Source: the human T2T-CHM13v2.0 reference genome, Homo sapiens
Direction: 5' to 3' (one strand)
Length of the DNA: 64,000 nt
Assembly (NCBI RefSeq): GCF_009914755.1
Contig: NC_060947.1
Made by a program: the position numbers and the translations under genes
Notes under the pieces: generated by a model
The model's input: the letters and a program-made list of their open reading frames with translations, nothing else
Database searches by the model: none
Told to the model about the DNA's origin: nothing
Shown here: positions 30,279-44,980 of the stretch, in pieces
Layout: every line of letters begins with the position of its first letter
Numbering within the stretch: position 1 is the stretch's first letter

Positions 30279-31339
30279 TTTTTCTTTAGCCCAGAGGTAT
30301 TCATAATGAACAGCTCACTATAGCAGATAGGTGTTTTATTTTTTAAGCATTGACCAATTAATATCCAGATTTCTAAGAAGATATTTTCTAAAACCTGCAC
30401 ATTTGAAGGAAAATTTATCTTTGATTGTCTGCGTGTTATTTCCTACTTCCATGATTTCTCTCTGTCACCAACAAAATAAGAATTTATATAATACATCCTT
30501 TACTGGTCTACATCCCACTTGTCAGTCGATCTTTTATGGAATCACTGAGCTCCTCACCTCTGCTTTCCTAAGATGCACAGTGGAATATTTTCTTTGTTTT
30601 GAAGCAAAAGAAATGGGAGTTGCACAAAATAAAAGCCAAGAGGCCAGTAATGAATAAGCTTCCAAGGATGTACAAGGCAGATTTGCATCAGGAACATGTG
30701 GACCTATCTGGTTTTGTGCTGCTTCCCACAAACTCTCAATTTGGAAAGATTTTTCAAAATTGTTTTTTGTTATTAACTAGAATGTGAATAGGGCTTTGAT
30801 AAGCAGTGTTCCTACTAGATAAAATCCTTAGAGCTTTTTAATTCTGTGCTTGAGGACAAGCCCAGATGTTCTCTTCATGACCTTCCATGAGGTTTCTTTT
30901 TGCTAGCAGGTATTGCAATGTAGTTTACTACAAGCTCTAGTGGAGCAAACCTCCAAAGTAAAGCACTTTTATTGCCAATATTTCTGCAAATGCAGATGCT
31001 AGCCTATTTTTGGAAACATTAAACATTTCAGAATAATTAATTGAGGAAGAGATTCACAATTCACAAGGAATCTCCATCAAGATTAGTTGAGGCTGGCATA
31101 GTACTTTGAACAGTAAAGTCTCTTTTTAGATATACGCCATGATATAATTTTTAAAATGTGATTTGTATTCAACTCTTTACTTCTACCAACCTTTTCTGAA
31201 TAGGGCATCTACTCATTTTAAGGGCTGGACCACATACAGCAGAAGCCAAGATGAGTTGAGTGCCTTTTATGCATAAAAATAACTCTCTAAAGTAGGAGTA
31301 AAAGGAAGTAAAAGAGGTTTGTAATACTGCCTGGTCACA

Positions 31340-31741
31340 GGCGCAAATCAAAGTGTGCACCCAGTGCAGAGGGGAGGGTGATTTTAACAAGGACACCAAT
31401 TGAAAGGTCAGCAAGTGACTCAGAGGCTGACAACAATGCCAGGTCTTAAAGACTGAGGAGGGATCTCCATTGAACAAAGAAGGAGAAAGACATTCCAGAA
31501 ACAGGGGATGCCTAGGCACAGGCTCAGAGGCAGAAGCAAATGCTCTTTTTAGATAGATAACAGCTAGAAGAGAGTGGCTGCTGAATTATTAGACAAAGGA
31601 GATGAGAACTGAAGAGCAGGAGAGTAGAGAGACTAGGGAAAGGATGAGAGGAACTTGTGTGCCATGTTAAGGAGCTTGACTTTTATTAGGTAAAAAAATA
31701 TAGGGTCCTTGAAGGGTTTTAAGCAGAGCAATACATGATGA
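31340..31741 (-). mobile_element. L2 remnant, continuing at ~33500-33830
   Basis: gccatgttaaggagcttgacttttat...ttgaagggttttaagcagag. Confidence 0.65.
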
Positions 31742-32641
31742 TGATAGCTACAGGAGGCAGAGAAATTTTAGTAGACAGGGGTGGGTCCCTGGCAAAACCT
31801 CACCATTGAGCCAGAAAGCCTGAAACCTGAGGCCCAAAGGGAGAACTTCCATCCCTGTGTGCCTTCTGTCTCCCAGTTGGTTGTTTCTGAATAATGTCTT
31901 TTTACCAATTGAATGTTGACTTTTCCAAAACTACCTATGGCCCGCCCTGCCCCCATCCTGTGCCTATAAAGAGCACAGACTCAGTCAGCAAAGGAGAGAA
32001 GCAGCTGGACGTCGGGGAGAGGAGACTTAACTTCAGAGATGGCGGCTGGTTGAGGCAACTTGACTTTGGAAGAGAAAGACTGAAAGGTGGCTTGACTTTA
32101 AGGGAGAGCAAACTACCCTTCTTGTCCCCTTTCCAGCTTCCCTCTCTGCTGAGAGCTGCTTTCATTACTCAATAAAATTCTCCACATTCATCATCCTTCA
32201 ATTTGTCTGCATGACCTCATTCTTCTAGGGAACCAGACAAGAATTTGGGATGCACCAAGTGGGGTACCCCAAAAGGCAGTCACACTGGCCCTTTGCCCTC
32301 GCTGCCAGAGGGCAGCCGTCCCATGTGATGAGGCAAAGGGCCCACTGAGCTGATAACACACCCTAACCTGGATGCTGCCACAAGGCCTGCACAGAGTTTG
32401 CTCCTGCCGGCGCTGAAGTGGCCGACCAGTTCCTGCATTCGTTCACTCACACGCTCCCTCCCACAAGGGTTGGAGCCCGGGGGACCCTAGTGAATGGAAT
32501 TTGCTCCTGCCAGGCTTCCGGCAGGTTCCTGCACTCGCTTGATCTGGTTCCTGCACTTGTTCGCTTGCACGCTCCCCGCCGCACGGCAGGGGCACCCCTG
32601 TCAAGAGTCCCGCCAAGGGGTCAAGAAAATATCCTGCATCG
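31742..32641 (+). mobile_element. ERV1 solo LTR (LTR1/LTR27/LTR28/MER50 group; exact family uncertain)
   Basis: Starts tgatagctacaggaggcagagaaatt, ends aaaatatcctgcatcg; 4-bp TSD atga; CCAAT, GC box, TATAAA and AATAAA in LTR order. Confidence 0.9.
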
Positions 32642-32716
32642 ATGATGTTTGTGTTTTAAAAACATAACAAGGTCACAGAAGAACTTATACCTGATAGATT
32701 GGAGACTACATGAATC

Positions 32717-33468
<752 letters not shown>

Positions 33469-33741
33469 AATCATCACCATAAGGAAAGGCACATATGAGA
33501 GTGGATGTTTCCAGCAAGTGTGGATGGTGCCATTGTTGAGTGGGAAAAGAGATCTAATAACTGGGTCTGGACTGGGGGAAAGAAGAAAATTAGTTTTGTG
33601 TTGGACAAAGTGAACTTTAGATTCCTATGGGTATAGTGAAGAAGATGCTAGGAATTAGAAGGAAGATTTAGATGTTATAGGATGATCATGGTCATTCTAA
33701 CCCTGAAAGGTGAAGATGTGATTGGAAGATAATTGTATATC

Positions 33742-33744
<3 letters not shown>

Positions 33745-33786
<42 letters not shown>
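33745..33786. repeat. (TA)n microsatellite
   Basis: About 20 uninterrupted AT units. Confidence 0.97.
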
Positions 33787-33790
<4 letters not shown>

Positions 33791-36193
33791 TACATATGCC
33801 ATCTGAAGATAGCAGTGTCTCCAGTATAGTAGGAGGAAAGGATTGATAACAGAAAGCATACTTTTTATAGATGGTAGTCTATATGACAATGCCACCAGTA
33901 ACAGTTAGTTTCTGTCTTTTAATATAAATTTCTTCTGGTAGAGTAATGTGACATTACCCACAAGCTGACATCAGCATGCAGGTGGAGTTTTTTGGCTCCT
34001 TTGGAGGCTGTTACATTTCTAACTCATTGGTTATTGCCATTCATGTAGTAAATATTTAAACATACTTATTGAATAAATGAATGAACACAAGATTATTTCC
34101 CCCATCATCACTGAAGAGGGAGGGCACTCATTAAAAGTGAATTTTCTAGATATTGCATATTGATTTTTTAAAGTACACTATTCCAGGAAGCTCCTTCAAA
34201 AATTACAGTATATATATATACATGTATATATATACACACTACTATATATATAACTATATACAGTATATATAGAGAGAAAGAGAGATCTATAAAGCTTTTG
34301 ACTACTCAACTAGATGTCTTCAAAGGGCCATTAGGATTCCAGGGTGCTCTCAGTTTATTATTTGTTAGTTTATCAGTTTTAAATTTAAATGATTTTGTTT
34401 TCTGTCTTCCTTGACACTCAGCCTAACACATATAGCCTAGAAAAGCACTGCAGTAGAAATGACATCATTGACATCATTAAAATAGTGATTATATACCTTG
34501 TCCATTTGGTAGGTTGTGGTTGGGCCAGCATCATGCCTCCCTTTGCAGCAAAGTTCGCCAACACTGATGTTTCCTCCCCCCTTTTTTTTCTTGCAATTGT
34601 TTCACAGTCTGAAGCTACTGTATGTCTGACTGAGGTTATCAGTACATCTGACCGCTGGAAATGTGAAAGCATTACTGGAGAAAGAAAAACTAGTAACTGG
34701 AAAATTCTTTCCCATCCAGATTTGCACAGATCTTCTTTCTAGGAAAATGTAGAATTTCTTAGGAAAAATCTAGATTTTATTACGAAAACCTTAGGGGTTC
34801 ACCTTTAACGTGGAATCGGAGTCTATGGAAATGCAGTCTAAGGCAAGAGGTTGCAGTTTCAAAGCACCACCAATGTCAACTTCACAGAAATACACACAAG
34901 GCCCTTTTAAGAATTTTGCCAACTCATGTTATTAGTGATTCTGAGAAAATTACTGTACTCCAACACTGAATATATCAAATAAATATTCTTATGCCTTATA
35001 CAAAAATCAGAAAATATAGAAGATATCAGAGACACAATATCCTTACCTTCCGGAGAGAAGAATCATTTACCACCTACTCTTTGGGATTTTATGTAAATAT
35101 ACCATCCTTTGCACAACACTTTATAGTTCATAAGGCATTCTTAAAATTAGTGTTTCATTTGGACTTTAGTACCTTTTGTAAAGGAAATTGGGGGTGGATA
35201 TTGCAATCCCTGTATTAGAAGTAAGCAAACAGACACTTGAAAATGAGCTCTTCTTTTCTTAATCCAGCAACTCCACATTGCTACACACATAAGATTTTCC
35301 TGTGTTATTGAGTGAAAACGTGAGAGGAAAGTAAAAGTAGAAAGCAAATTCAATTTCCTTGTCTATTTTAGAATCCCATAATGCTCAGGGGATGATTACG
35401 AAGACAAACTGTTCTTCTAAACCTTCTTCCAATATTTAGTCTGTACTGAAATCTCTTTAGAATATGGCTAATATGTTAAAAAAAAATTAAACCACCCTTC
35501 TCTGGAAGTTGAGGAGATGGGGGACTCTAAGCCCACCCACTCATCTCCCCCTTTCCCTTATTCATTCTTCCATATTCTCTGTCTTCTGCCCATCCTTGAA
35601 GCATAGTTTGAAAATCATTCTCTTGAAAGATAGATTCAATATGTTCTTGGTAATATCTAAATTAAGGCTGCTTTGTAGTAAGTCACATCCTGTTTGTGGA
35701 ATTCAAAGAGAACATGAATTCAAGTCAGTTACAACAAAGTCATTTGCCCAGGAATCCACTGTGAATGATACCATTAAAATTAAAAAATGATTTGCAAGTT
35801 AGAAATTAACTCTTCGGCTAAAATAGAATATCTGTTTAAGTTATTATAGATTGGTGCTGATTTTGTCAGTGCGATTCACTTTTTTTCCCCTAGGATCTTT
35901 TTATACTTCTACATGGACGTTTTAGTAGTACGGTATTCAATAGTACTTAAGCTAATTAACAATATAATAGTGGGAAAGAGGCTATCAAACTTAAGTAGCT
36001 GATTACTGAGTGATTACTATTGACAGTAGCTCTTATTTCTTCTCTGTTAGCTTTCCTCATTAACACTTTTGTAATAGACAATTGGGTTGGGTTTTTGGAA
36101 TCTAATGTCAGATTTCATATATCTTTCACTAAGGTTTCCCTATCCCCAGTGGAGAAAAAAATGGAATGGCCCATGCAAAAGAATGCATTAACA

Positions 36194-36449
36194 TTTTTTT
36201 TTTTTTGGAGACAGAGTATTGCTGTGTTGCCCAGGCTGGAGTAAAGTGGCACAATCATAGCTTAGTACAGCCTCGAACTCCTGGGCTCAGGTAATCCTCC
36301 TGCCTTAGCCTCCCCAGTAACTAGCTGGGAGTACAGGTGAGTGCCACCATGCCCAGCTAATTTTACTTTTTTATTTTTGTGGAGATAGGGCCTCACTATT
36401 TTGCCCAGGCTAGTTTCTAGCTCCTGGCTTAACATCCCACCTCAGCCTC
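36194..36449 (-). mobile_element. AluJ, 5'-truncated
   Basis: cacaatcatagct...cctcgaactcctgggctcag; diverged arms. Confidence 0.88.
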
Positions 36450-36555
36450 TGCTTTATAAAATATTAAAACTTCTTGTTGAATACAGAGGTGGAAGCTGAT
36501 ATCATTCTGACGTATTGGATTCATGAATGACAAAGAGGAATCATTTATTTCAGAC

Positions 36556-36678
36556 TTTTTTTTTTATTATACTTTAAGTTCTAGGGTACATGTGCACAAC
36601 GTGCAAGTTTGTTACATATGTATACATGTACCATGTTGGTGTGCTGCACCCATTAACTCGTCATTTACATTAGGTATA
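36556..36678 (-). mobile_element. Very short L1PA (PA3/4-type) 3' tail
   Basis: ttattatactttaagttctagggtacatgtgcac...tcatttacattaggtata; probable TSD tatttcagac / tattgcagac. Confidence 0.9.
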
Positions 36679-36741
36679 TTGCAGACATTTTAAAGCCAGC
36701 AAAATGTTACAGAAGTATACAGATGAGAGTGAATTTACTAG

Positions 36742-37144
<403 letters not shown>

Positions 37145-37499
37145 TGAACGTGGGCCTTCATATTGCTTTTTTCTCTCCCTTCAGATACATTCATGATAAA
37201 ACCTCTGCCCAAAAATCTTACACAGACATAATTCAGGTTGTAAAAGTGTTTTCTTAGATTTCCTAATTAACAGCTGGGATATAAATATAAATACTGAAAA
37301 TTAGTATGGTAGAGAAAGAAAAGGAATAATTTCTTAAAGTTTTTCACTTACAAGATTTTTTTTCTTCTACATGTTTCCTCTAATCCAGTAAGTGGAACAA
37401 TCACTTTTTGTTTGGAGTCTGTATGTTACCATGTTTTCAATTTGGTTACATGAGACTGACTGACTGCTTTTCTGGAAACTTACAAAGGCCTTTTTTCCC

Positions 37500-37940
37500 C
37501 CGTCATCTGTCCTAATTTCAAATAAGCAGTTAGCAGCCAAAATGACTTTCTAAAAGTCATCTATTTGACCTCTGATTATCACTCCTCTGTTTAAGAACCC
37601 TCAGTATTTTCCATTTTCTAGAGGATAACGCTCAAATTTCCCATGGTGTGTACAAGAGCCTTCACTATTAGCCTGGAAATCCTCACCAATTAAAAGCCCT
37701 GTCCCCAGTGGTCTGCACCTACCCCTTCAAAAGACCCTTTTAAGCCTGCCATTTTCCTTCTACCTAGATTAGCTTTTTCCTTCTAGTTCACCTGGGGAAA
37801 TCCTATTTTATAATCCAGGTCAAATATCACACTTGCTGATCTATTTTCCTTCTAACTTTAGCAGAGTTATCTTCTATTCTCCTCAGACACTTTGCAATAT
37901 CCTCCCTACAGCACCTAACACATTACATTGACATGTCTTA
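37500..37940 (+). mobile_element. L2 remnant
   Basis: ctgattatcactcctctgtttaagaaccctcagt...tagaggataacgctcaaattt. Confidence 0.6.
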
Positions 37941-37945
37941 TGTAG

Positions 37946-38157
37946 CACGGTAATTCTGAACTGAAAATAAGTGTGTTCTCCAGGAAACATTTGGCCATAT
38001 CTGGAGACATTCTTGGTTGTCACTATTAGGAAGAGCTGGTGTCTAGTGTGTATAAGCCAAGAATGCTCCTAAACATCCTACAATGCCCAGGACAGCCCCC
38101 ATGACAAAGACCCACCACGCAAAAAATGTCAATAATAACTGGGATTGAGGAATCCTG
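37946..38157 (+). mobile_element. MER20
   Basis: catttggccatatctggagacattcttggttgtcac...aaacatcctacaatgcccaggacagccccc...ttgaggaatcctg. Confidence 0.85.
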
Positions 38158-39407
38158 CCTTAGAACATGAGCCATATCTTATTCATTCTTGGAGTCTTCC
38201 TTCTCCCCTCCCCTCCTCCCATCAAAGAGCCTGACACCAACAGATCCTTAAGACATGTAGAATGAAATTAACATTATGTGGTTATTTCCTAAATTTCTTT
38301 TCTTGCTTAAACCACGTTATCCACAAAAAAATTCACTCCCTGTCACTTCTTTCCTGCTACCAGGTTTACCCTTATGTAGCATGGCATTCTACATGGATGA
38401 TGGGGTCGTAACCAGTATTATTGCCATTTCTTGCAGATCACACCATTTACAAAAACAATGTCTCTGTGTGTTCTGCCATTTCCCTGTGAAATCTGTTCTC
38501 CCTCATTTTCAAGAATCAGATTCAACTTTGCTCCAGTAAATCCCAGAACCCACTCTTTTTCTGCAACTTCAGATATGCCCTAGGGTCCACCATGGTAGGC
38601 CAGGAAAGAATGAACCTCCTGCTCTCTGCTGTGTGACTGTGGCATTACATGCCTTGTATATTTTGTTTTGTTATTTCCTTTGCCAGTGTTCAAATTCAGT
38701 TTCAGTCTTTCATTCCTTTCCAAATACCCCTTGGTTTCCTTGGAATCGTATTGAGCCCTTACTCATCCATTAATAATTTAAAAATTAACCTAATTCTGTT
38801 TACATTAGGGAATAGTCGGTTTAATAATATGTTTCTTATTTTTTAAAAAATAAGAGAGGCTCTTTATTCGTGTGGAATAGGCTTTGGTTTTTTTTATGAG
38901 AAAAATCTCCTTCCCAGTCCAACTTCTCAAATAATTTTAAAAACTCCCAGATGGTTAAATGGGTTTTAAAAATGGAAACTCCATTTAAAAGATGTATTGG
39001 TATATATAAGAGCAAAAAGGAAGGGGAAAGGGCTTCTTTATTTTCTTCAGCTACTTCTTCAAAATAACTTTTCTCTTTACTATAAAATAAAATATGATTT
39101 TCTTTTCAACATTCAAATACAAAATACTGATGCCCAACATTAAACTTACGGTCCCTTAATTCTGTAGGGACATCAGAAGATTAATTAAGGGCGGCAATTT
39201 CAAAGGACTAATTTAGAAAAAAAAATATTTTAACTATACAACAAAATAGCAGCATACTGAACACATAACGTGCTGCAAGTATGCTTCTTAGAGTATTATT
39301 TTTAATGGTTGAAAACAGAAGATTACTTAAGGGTCCTACTATAGAGAGCACTCCACACAATGGAATATTATCATCTTTAAAAGGTATAATTAGGAAGAAT
39401 ACTAAGG

Positions 39408-39691
39408 GGGCCGGGTGTGGTAGCTCACGCCTATAATCCCAGCACTTTGGGAGACAGAGGCAGGTGGATCATTTGAGGTCAGGAGTTCGAGACCAGCCTG
39501 GCCATCATGGTGAAAAGCTGTCTCTATTAAAAATACAAAAATTAGTTGGGGTGTGGTGGCAGGTGCCTGTATTCCCAGCTATTTCAGAGGCTGAGGCAGG
39601 AGAATCGCTTGAACCTGGGGTGCAGAGGTTTCAGTGAGCCTAGATTGCACCACCGCACTCCAGCCTGGGTGACAGAAGGAGACCCCATCTC
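39408..39691 (+). mobile_element. AluS-like with a GAA/GAG tail
   Basis: Both arms present; polyA replaced by a triplet purine repeat. Confidence 0.92.
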
Positions 39692-39827
39692 GAGGAAGAA
39701 GAAGAAGAAGGAGGAGGAGGAGAAGAACAAGAAGAAGAAGAGGAAGAAGAAGAGGAAGAGGAAGAAGAAGAGGAAGAGGAAGAAGAAGAGGAAGAGGAGG
39801 AGGAGGAAGAGGAGGAGGAAGGAGGGA
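39692..39827. repeat. (GAA/GAG)n compound triplet repeat
   Basis: gaagaagaagaggaagaggaagaagaagaggaagag...; only one pyrimidine in ~135 nt. Confidence 0.95.
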
Positions 39828-40027
39828 TGTGACTAAATGTTCTCATTTATTAAGGGGAGGAAAAAGGGGTTGAAAACCTTATGTGCATGCAATTCCACAC
39901 ATACATACATGTGCACACACACAAATGGACTCACGCACTCATGCAACACATGGTCAGAAACAGCTACACATCAGTTTCCTCTTGGTGGTAAGAGTAAGGC
40001 ATTTATATGAATATATACACATATTAT

Positions 40028-40325
40028 TTTCTGAGACAGGGGCTTGCTCTTGCTCTGTTGCCCAGGCTAGAGTGACTTGATCGTGGCTCACTGCAACCTT
40101 GAACTCCTGGGCACAAGTGATCCTCCCACCTCCGCTTCCCAAGTAGTTGGGACTACAGGTGCACACCACCGCACCTGGCTAATGTTTTCAATTTTTTATT
40201 TTTTGTAGATACAGGATTTCTCACTATGTTGCCTGGGCTAGTCTCAAACTCCTGGCCTCAAGCAATGCTCCCAACTCAGCCTCCCAAAGTGTAGAGATTA
40301 CAGGCATGAGCCACCACGCCTGGTC
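40028..40325 (-). mobile_element. AluJ
   Basis: ccttgaactcctgggcacaagtgatcctccc, ctcactatgttgcc. Confidence 0.88.
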
Positions 40326-40659
40326 TATATTTTTATTTTTAAAATTTCTGTCCCTATTTGAGGTATCAAATGCCTAAAAGTGCAAACAGTTTTGTTGATC
40401 AGTTGGATGAGTTTTTACCTATGAGAATCCTGTGTAACATTCACCCAAATGTAGACATGGGCGATTTCTGACACCCTGGGAAGCTTGTTCATGTTCTTTT
40501 CTACCCAGATCCCCAGGTTGCAGCCTCTATTCTAACTCCTCTCATAATAGTTTCAGTTTGTGGGTAGGTTTTTTTGATGTTGTTGTCATAAATATATTTT
40601 CATAGATTTTGTAATGCATATTACGTTTTAGAAATCCTGTAAGTGAAATGATTTTAGAA

Positions 40660-41200
40660 TGAGAAGAGAAAGAGAGGTTGGAAGGAGGGATGATGGAAAG
40701 AAGAAAGGAAGGAAAGAAGGAGGAAATGAAGAGAGGATGGAGGAAGTGAGGAAAGGAAGGAAAAGAAAGGGGAAAGAAAGGAAAAAGGAAAGGGAGAGGG
40801 AAGGGAGGGAATGGAAGGAGGGAAGAAAGAAGGGAGAAAGGGAGAAAGGATGGGAGGAAGGAAGGGAAGGAGGAAGCGAGGGAGGAAGGGAAGGAAAAAG
40901 GAAAACAGGAGGGAGAGAAGAAGGGAGGGAGAGAGGGAGGAAGTAAGGGAGAAGAGAGGAAAGAAAGAAGGAAGGGAGGAAGGAGGAGGAAGGGAAAGAG
41001 TAAGGGAGACAGGAGAGAGGAAGTAAGGGAGGAAGGGAGAAGAGAGGAGGGAAGGAAGGAAAGGAAGGAGGGAGGAAGGAAGAGAGGAAGAAGGGAGGGA
41101 AAAAGGGAGGGAGGAAGAGAAGGAGGAAGGGAGGAAGAAGAGAAAGAAGGGGATGAGAGGGAGGAAGAAAATAAGGGAAGGAGGGAAGGAGGGAGGATGG
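40660..41200. repeat. GA-rich low-complexity polypurine tract (~540 bp)
   Basis: Almost exclusively G/A (ggaa, ggga, gaga units). Confidence 0.95.
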
Positions 41201-41397
41201 CGGGAGAATGAGCTTGCCAGGGTAGCCCTGCAGTCTCCATTGTCTGTGAGAGCCTCCATGCTTGGGCACCACACAACCCCAAGTCCTGAACTTTACCCTT
41301 CATAACTGTGACGTTCCCAAATCAAGCACTCCTTTAAATCGATGCCTTGGCCATCTCCTCTTGAGGGATCCTTGAGAGGATAAAATACAATTCTTCC

Positions 41398-42633
<1,236 letters not shown>

Positions 42634-42659
42634 TAGAAAGTCTTAAAAATAAATCTTGG

Positions 42660-42760
42660 CTCTTCACCCTGCGTTATTTTCCCCTGTAATGTTTATGACC
42701 TTCTAATATAGTCATATAATCTACTCATTTGTTGAATGAATGAATGAATGAATGAATGAA
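42660..42760 (+). mobile_element. L2 3' end with (TGAA)n
   Basis: atttgttgaatgaatgaatgaatgaatgaatgaa. Confidence 0.7.
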
Positions 42761-43914
42761 AAGAACCCCGCTGAATTTTCCTTGTCACTATTTTGACTTA
42801 CCCATTCTGATGGGCTTGGCAGCTATTCCCTAAGCGTCATCACTCTGTTTATCTCATTTTTGAGAGTGGAGCTCATTATCCACCTTCCCATCTTTGCCAA
42901 CAACTAGGGGCTGGGCACAGTCACTCATACCTGTAATCCCAACCAAAATCTTGCCTGGGAGAAATTCGGGGAAGATGCAGCACGTTTCCTCAAGGGTCTA
43001 TGGGTGTCACATTCTTGATTTATATCCCACCTAAGATCTGTCTATCAGGATGAAAGGGACATGAAAAAAGAACATTCGGACACCCTGACATGGGTCCTGT
43101 TTTCAGCTGACAGAGAGACTGAAATTCATAACGTTCTTTGTAGGGCATGGTGGGATGTTGATATTTTAATTCCATGAAATTATTGAAGAGAAATTCTATA
43201 ATAAAATATGACCATGTTCTATGTGCAGTCCCAAAGCTCAGCCACAGCTGTGCTTCTCTATAACAGGCCAGTTCTGAATTTTTCCTCAGGCTATTTATTT
43301 GCTTCTTTGAGAGTGGTTTGTCTTTTACAAGTAGACAGGCAGTAGCAAATTCCTGTGACTTGAGAAAAGCTTTTGGAAAAACTTAGAACTGACAAGTTTT
43401 AACCATTGACTTATGCTTCCATCCTCCTGCGAACCAGGGCAGGCTGCTGTGATTCCATTGCAACTGCACATTATTTAACTCTAGTTTACAGAGCTAGGTT
43501 CTGTGAGAGCAAGTCTCAGCACCATGGAGATGCAATTAGAACAAAATACTCACTGTTAAACAGTGTCTGCCCTTGTGTCTAATTGTCTCACATGGATATT
43601 TCTGAATTTATGCCAGATGACTTAGTAGCTATTTTTTGAACACCCGTGATGTGCAGTCACTGTCCTAATAAGTGCTGGGGATATATGAAAGAAAATGAAC
43701 ATCTTGCTTCGAGTCTAATATGGAAGAAAAATAACAAGTGAGCCAATAGGTCAAACTCTTCTTAGTGGAATCTCTGCTTCTCAAGATTTGGTCTCCTTAG
43801 GGACATCTCAGTTAAAATTGCTGATGGATCTTCATGGTGTGTAGTAGGAAAAATGAAGTCTTGGCAATCTCCCTCGATGCCTGAATATTTTCCTGGACAT
43901 TCTCCACCTCGTAT

Positions 43915-44352
43915 CTCTTCTGAACCCTTCTCCAGCCTGCTCTCAGCTGACCTACAGTGGACATCATTAACAGGTCCCTTTGCCCTTTGCTTTCTGTCAG
44001 CTGAACTCTCCGGGTGAGCTAGTAATGTATCCAAAGGTGAGCTGGGAGTGAAGCCATGGTCTGCATCCTCTGTGCTCTCTGCCTAGGAGACCACACCCCG
44101 CTGCTGGCTGCATTCCTGAGCTGAAGGAGGCTGTTTCTAATTCTGGTACCTGCTCTCTCCTCCTGATCCTTCAGACTCAGGATAAGAATGGCTCCCTAGT
44201 CCCTAAACTCAGGGTGCTCCATATTCCCCATGTATTTTCTTACCCTCACAAGCCAACTTCCTGCACATCTGTAAGTAGTTCTTCACTAAATCTCAATTAC
44301 TTATTCCATCTTAGTATGCCGCCTTTTACTCCTCAAATACCCTGCACAAAAT
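43915..44352 (+). mobile_element. LTR33-like (ERVL) solo LTR
   Basis: ccctttgccctttgctttc, ccttcagactcagg, cagggtgctccatattccc, cacatctgtaagtagttcttcactaaa. Confidence 0.6.
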
Positions 44353-44835
44353 AGAAAATCCTAACAAGACATCAACTGCTGACTCTGTGATCTGCTCCCC
44401 TCCCTGCTCTTCCTTGAAAGAAATCCCAAACTAGCCCAGAGCAAAGGAATTTGGTGTGTTTTTTTTTGAAATATAAGTTTTCTAGAAAGAATCAAGAAAA
44501 AAATTATCCATGCATAGTTTTAAAAATGAGATGTAACTGTTGTAACTCTTTAGTACTTGTTCCATGTATCATTCTACCTTGGATTCTTGATGGCTTTAAA
44601 CAGCCAGCCAGATACGGGATGCCCAATAAATGTTCATAGAGTAAATCCGTGCATACTGTTAGGGCATTTGACATGACAGCTTAAATAAGGAACTGATTGT
44701 CTTAGTGTTGATCTATATCTCAGATAAATAAATAAAATAACAGTGGTTCAGAAACAGCAAACAACGCCCAGCCACTCAACCACCATATTATATTTGATAA
44801 GGGTAGATTAAATAGTAGATAAATTAATTTTTATT

Positions 44836-44980
44836 CTCCCTCCCTCTCTCCTTTCCTCCCTTCCTTCCTTCTTCTCTTCCTTCCATCCTTTTTTCCTTCC
44901 TTCCATCATTCTTTCCTCCTTCTCTCTTTCTATCTCTTTCTTTCTTTACTTCTTTCCTACCTTCTTTCTTTTTTTCCCTC
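44836..44980. repeat. CT-rich polypyrimidine tract
   Basis: (TTCC)/(TTTC)-like units. Confidence 0.9.

Noticed and set aside
34389-34742. 117-aa ORF and similar 60-130 aa ORFs in unique DNA
   Set aside because: No recognisable homology or exon structure; lengths fit chance expectation.
39546-39846. Lys/Arg-rich and poly-Ser ORFs
   Set aside because: Translations of an Alu plus its GAA/GAG tail.
40542-41303. 206-253 aa Ser/Pro/Leu/Phe-rich ORFs in three frames
   Set aside because: A pyrimidine-only strand cannot encode stop codons, so these are low-complexity artefacts.
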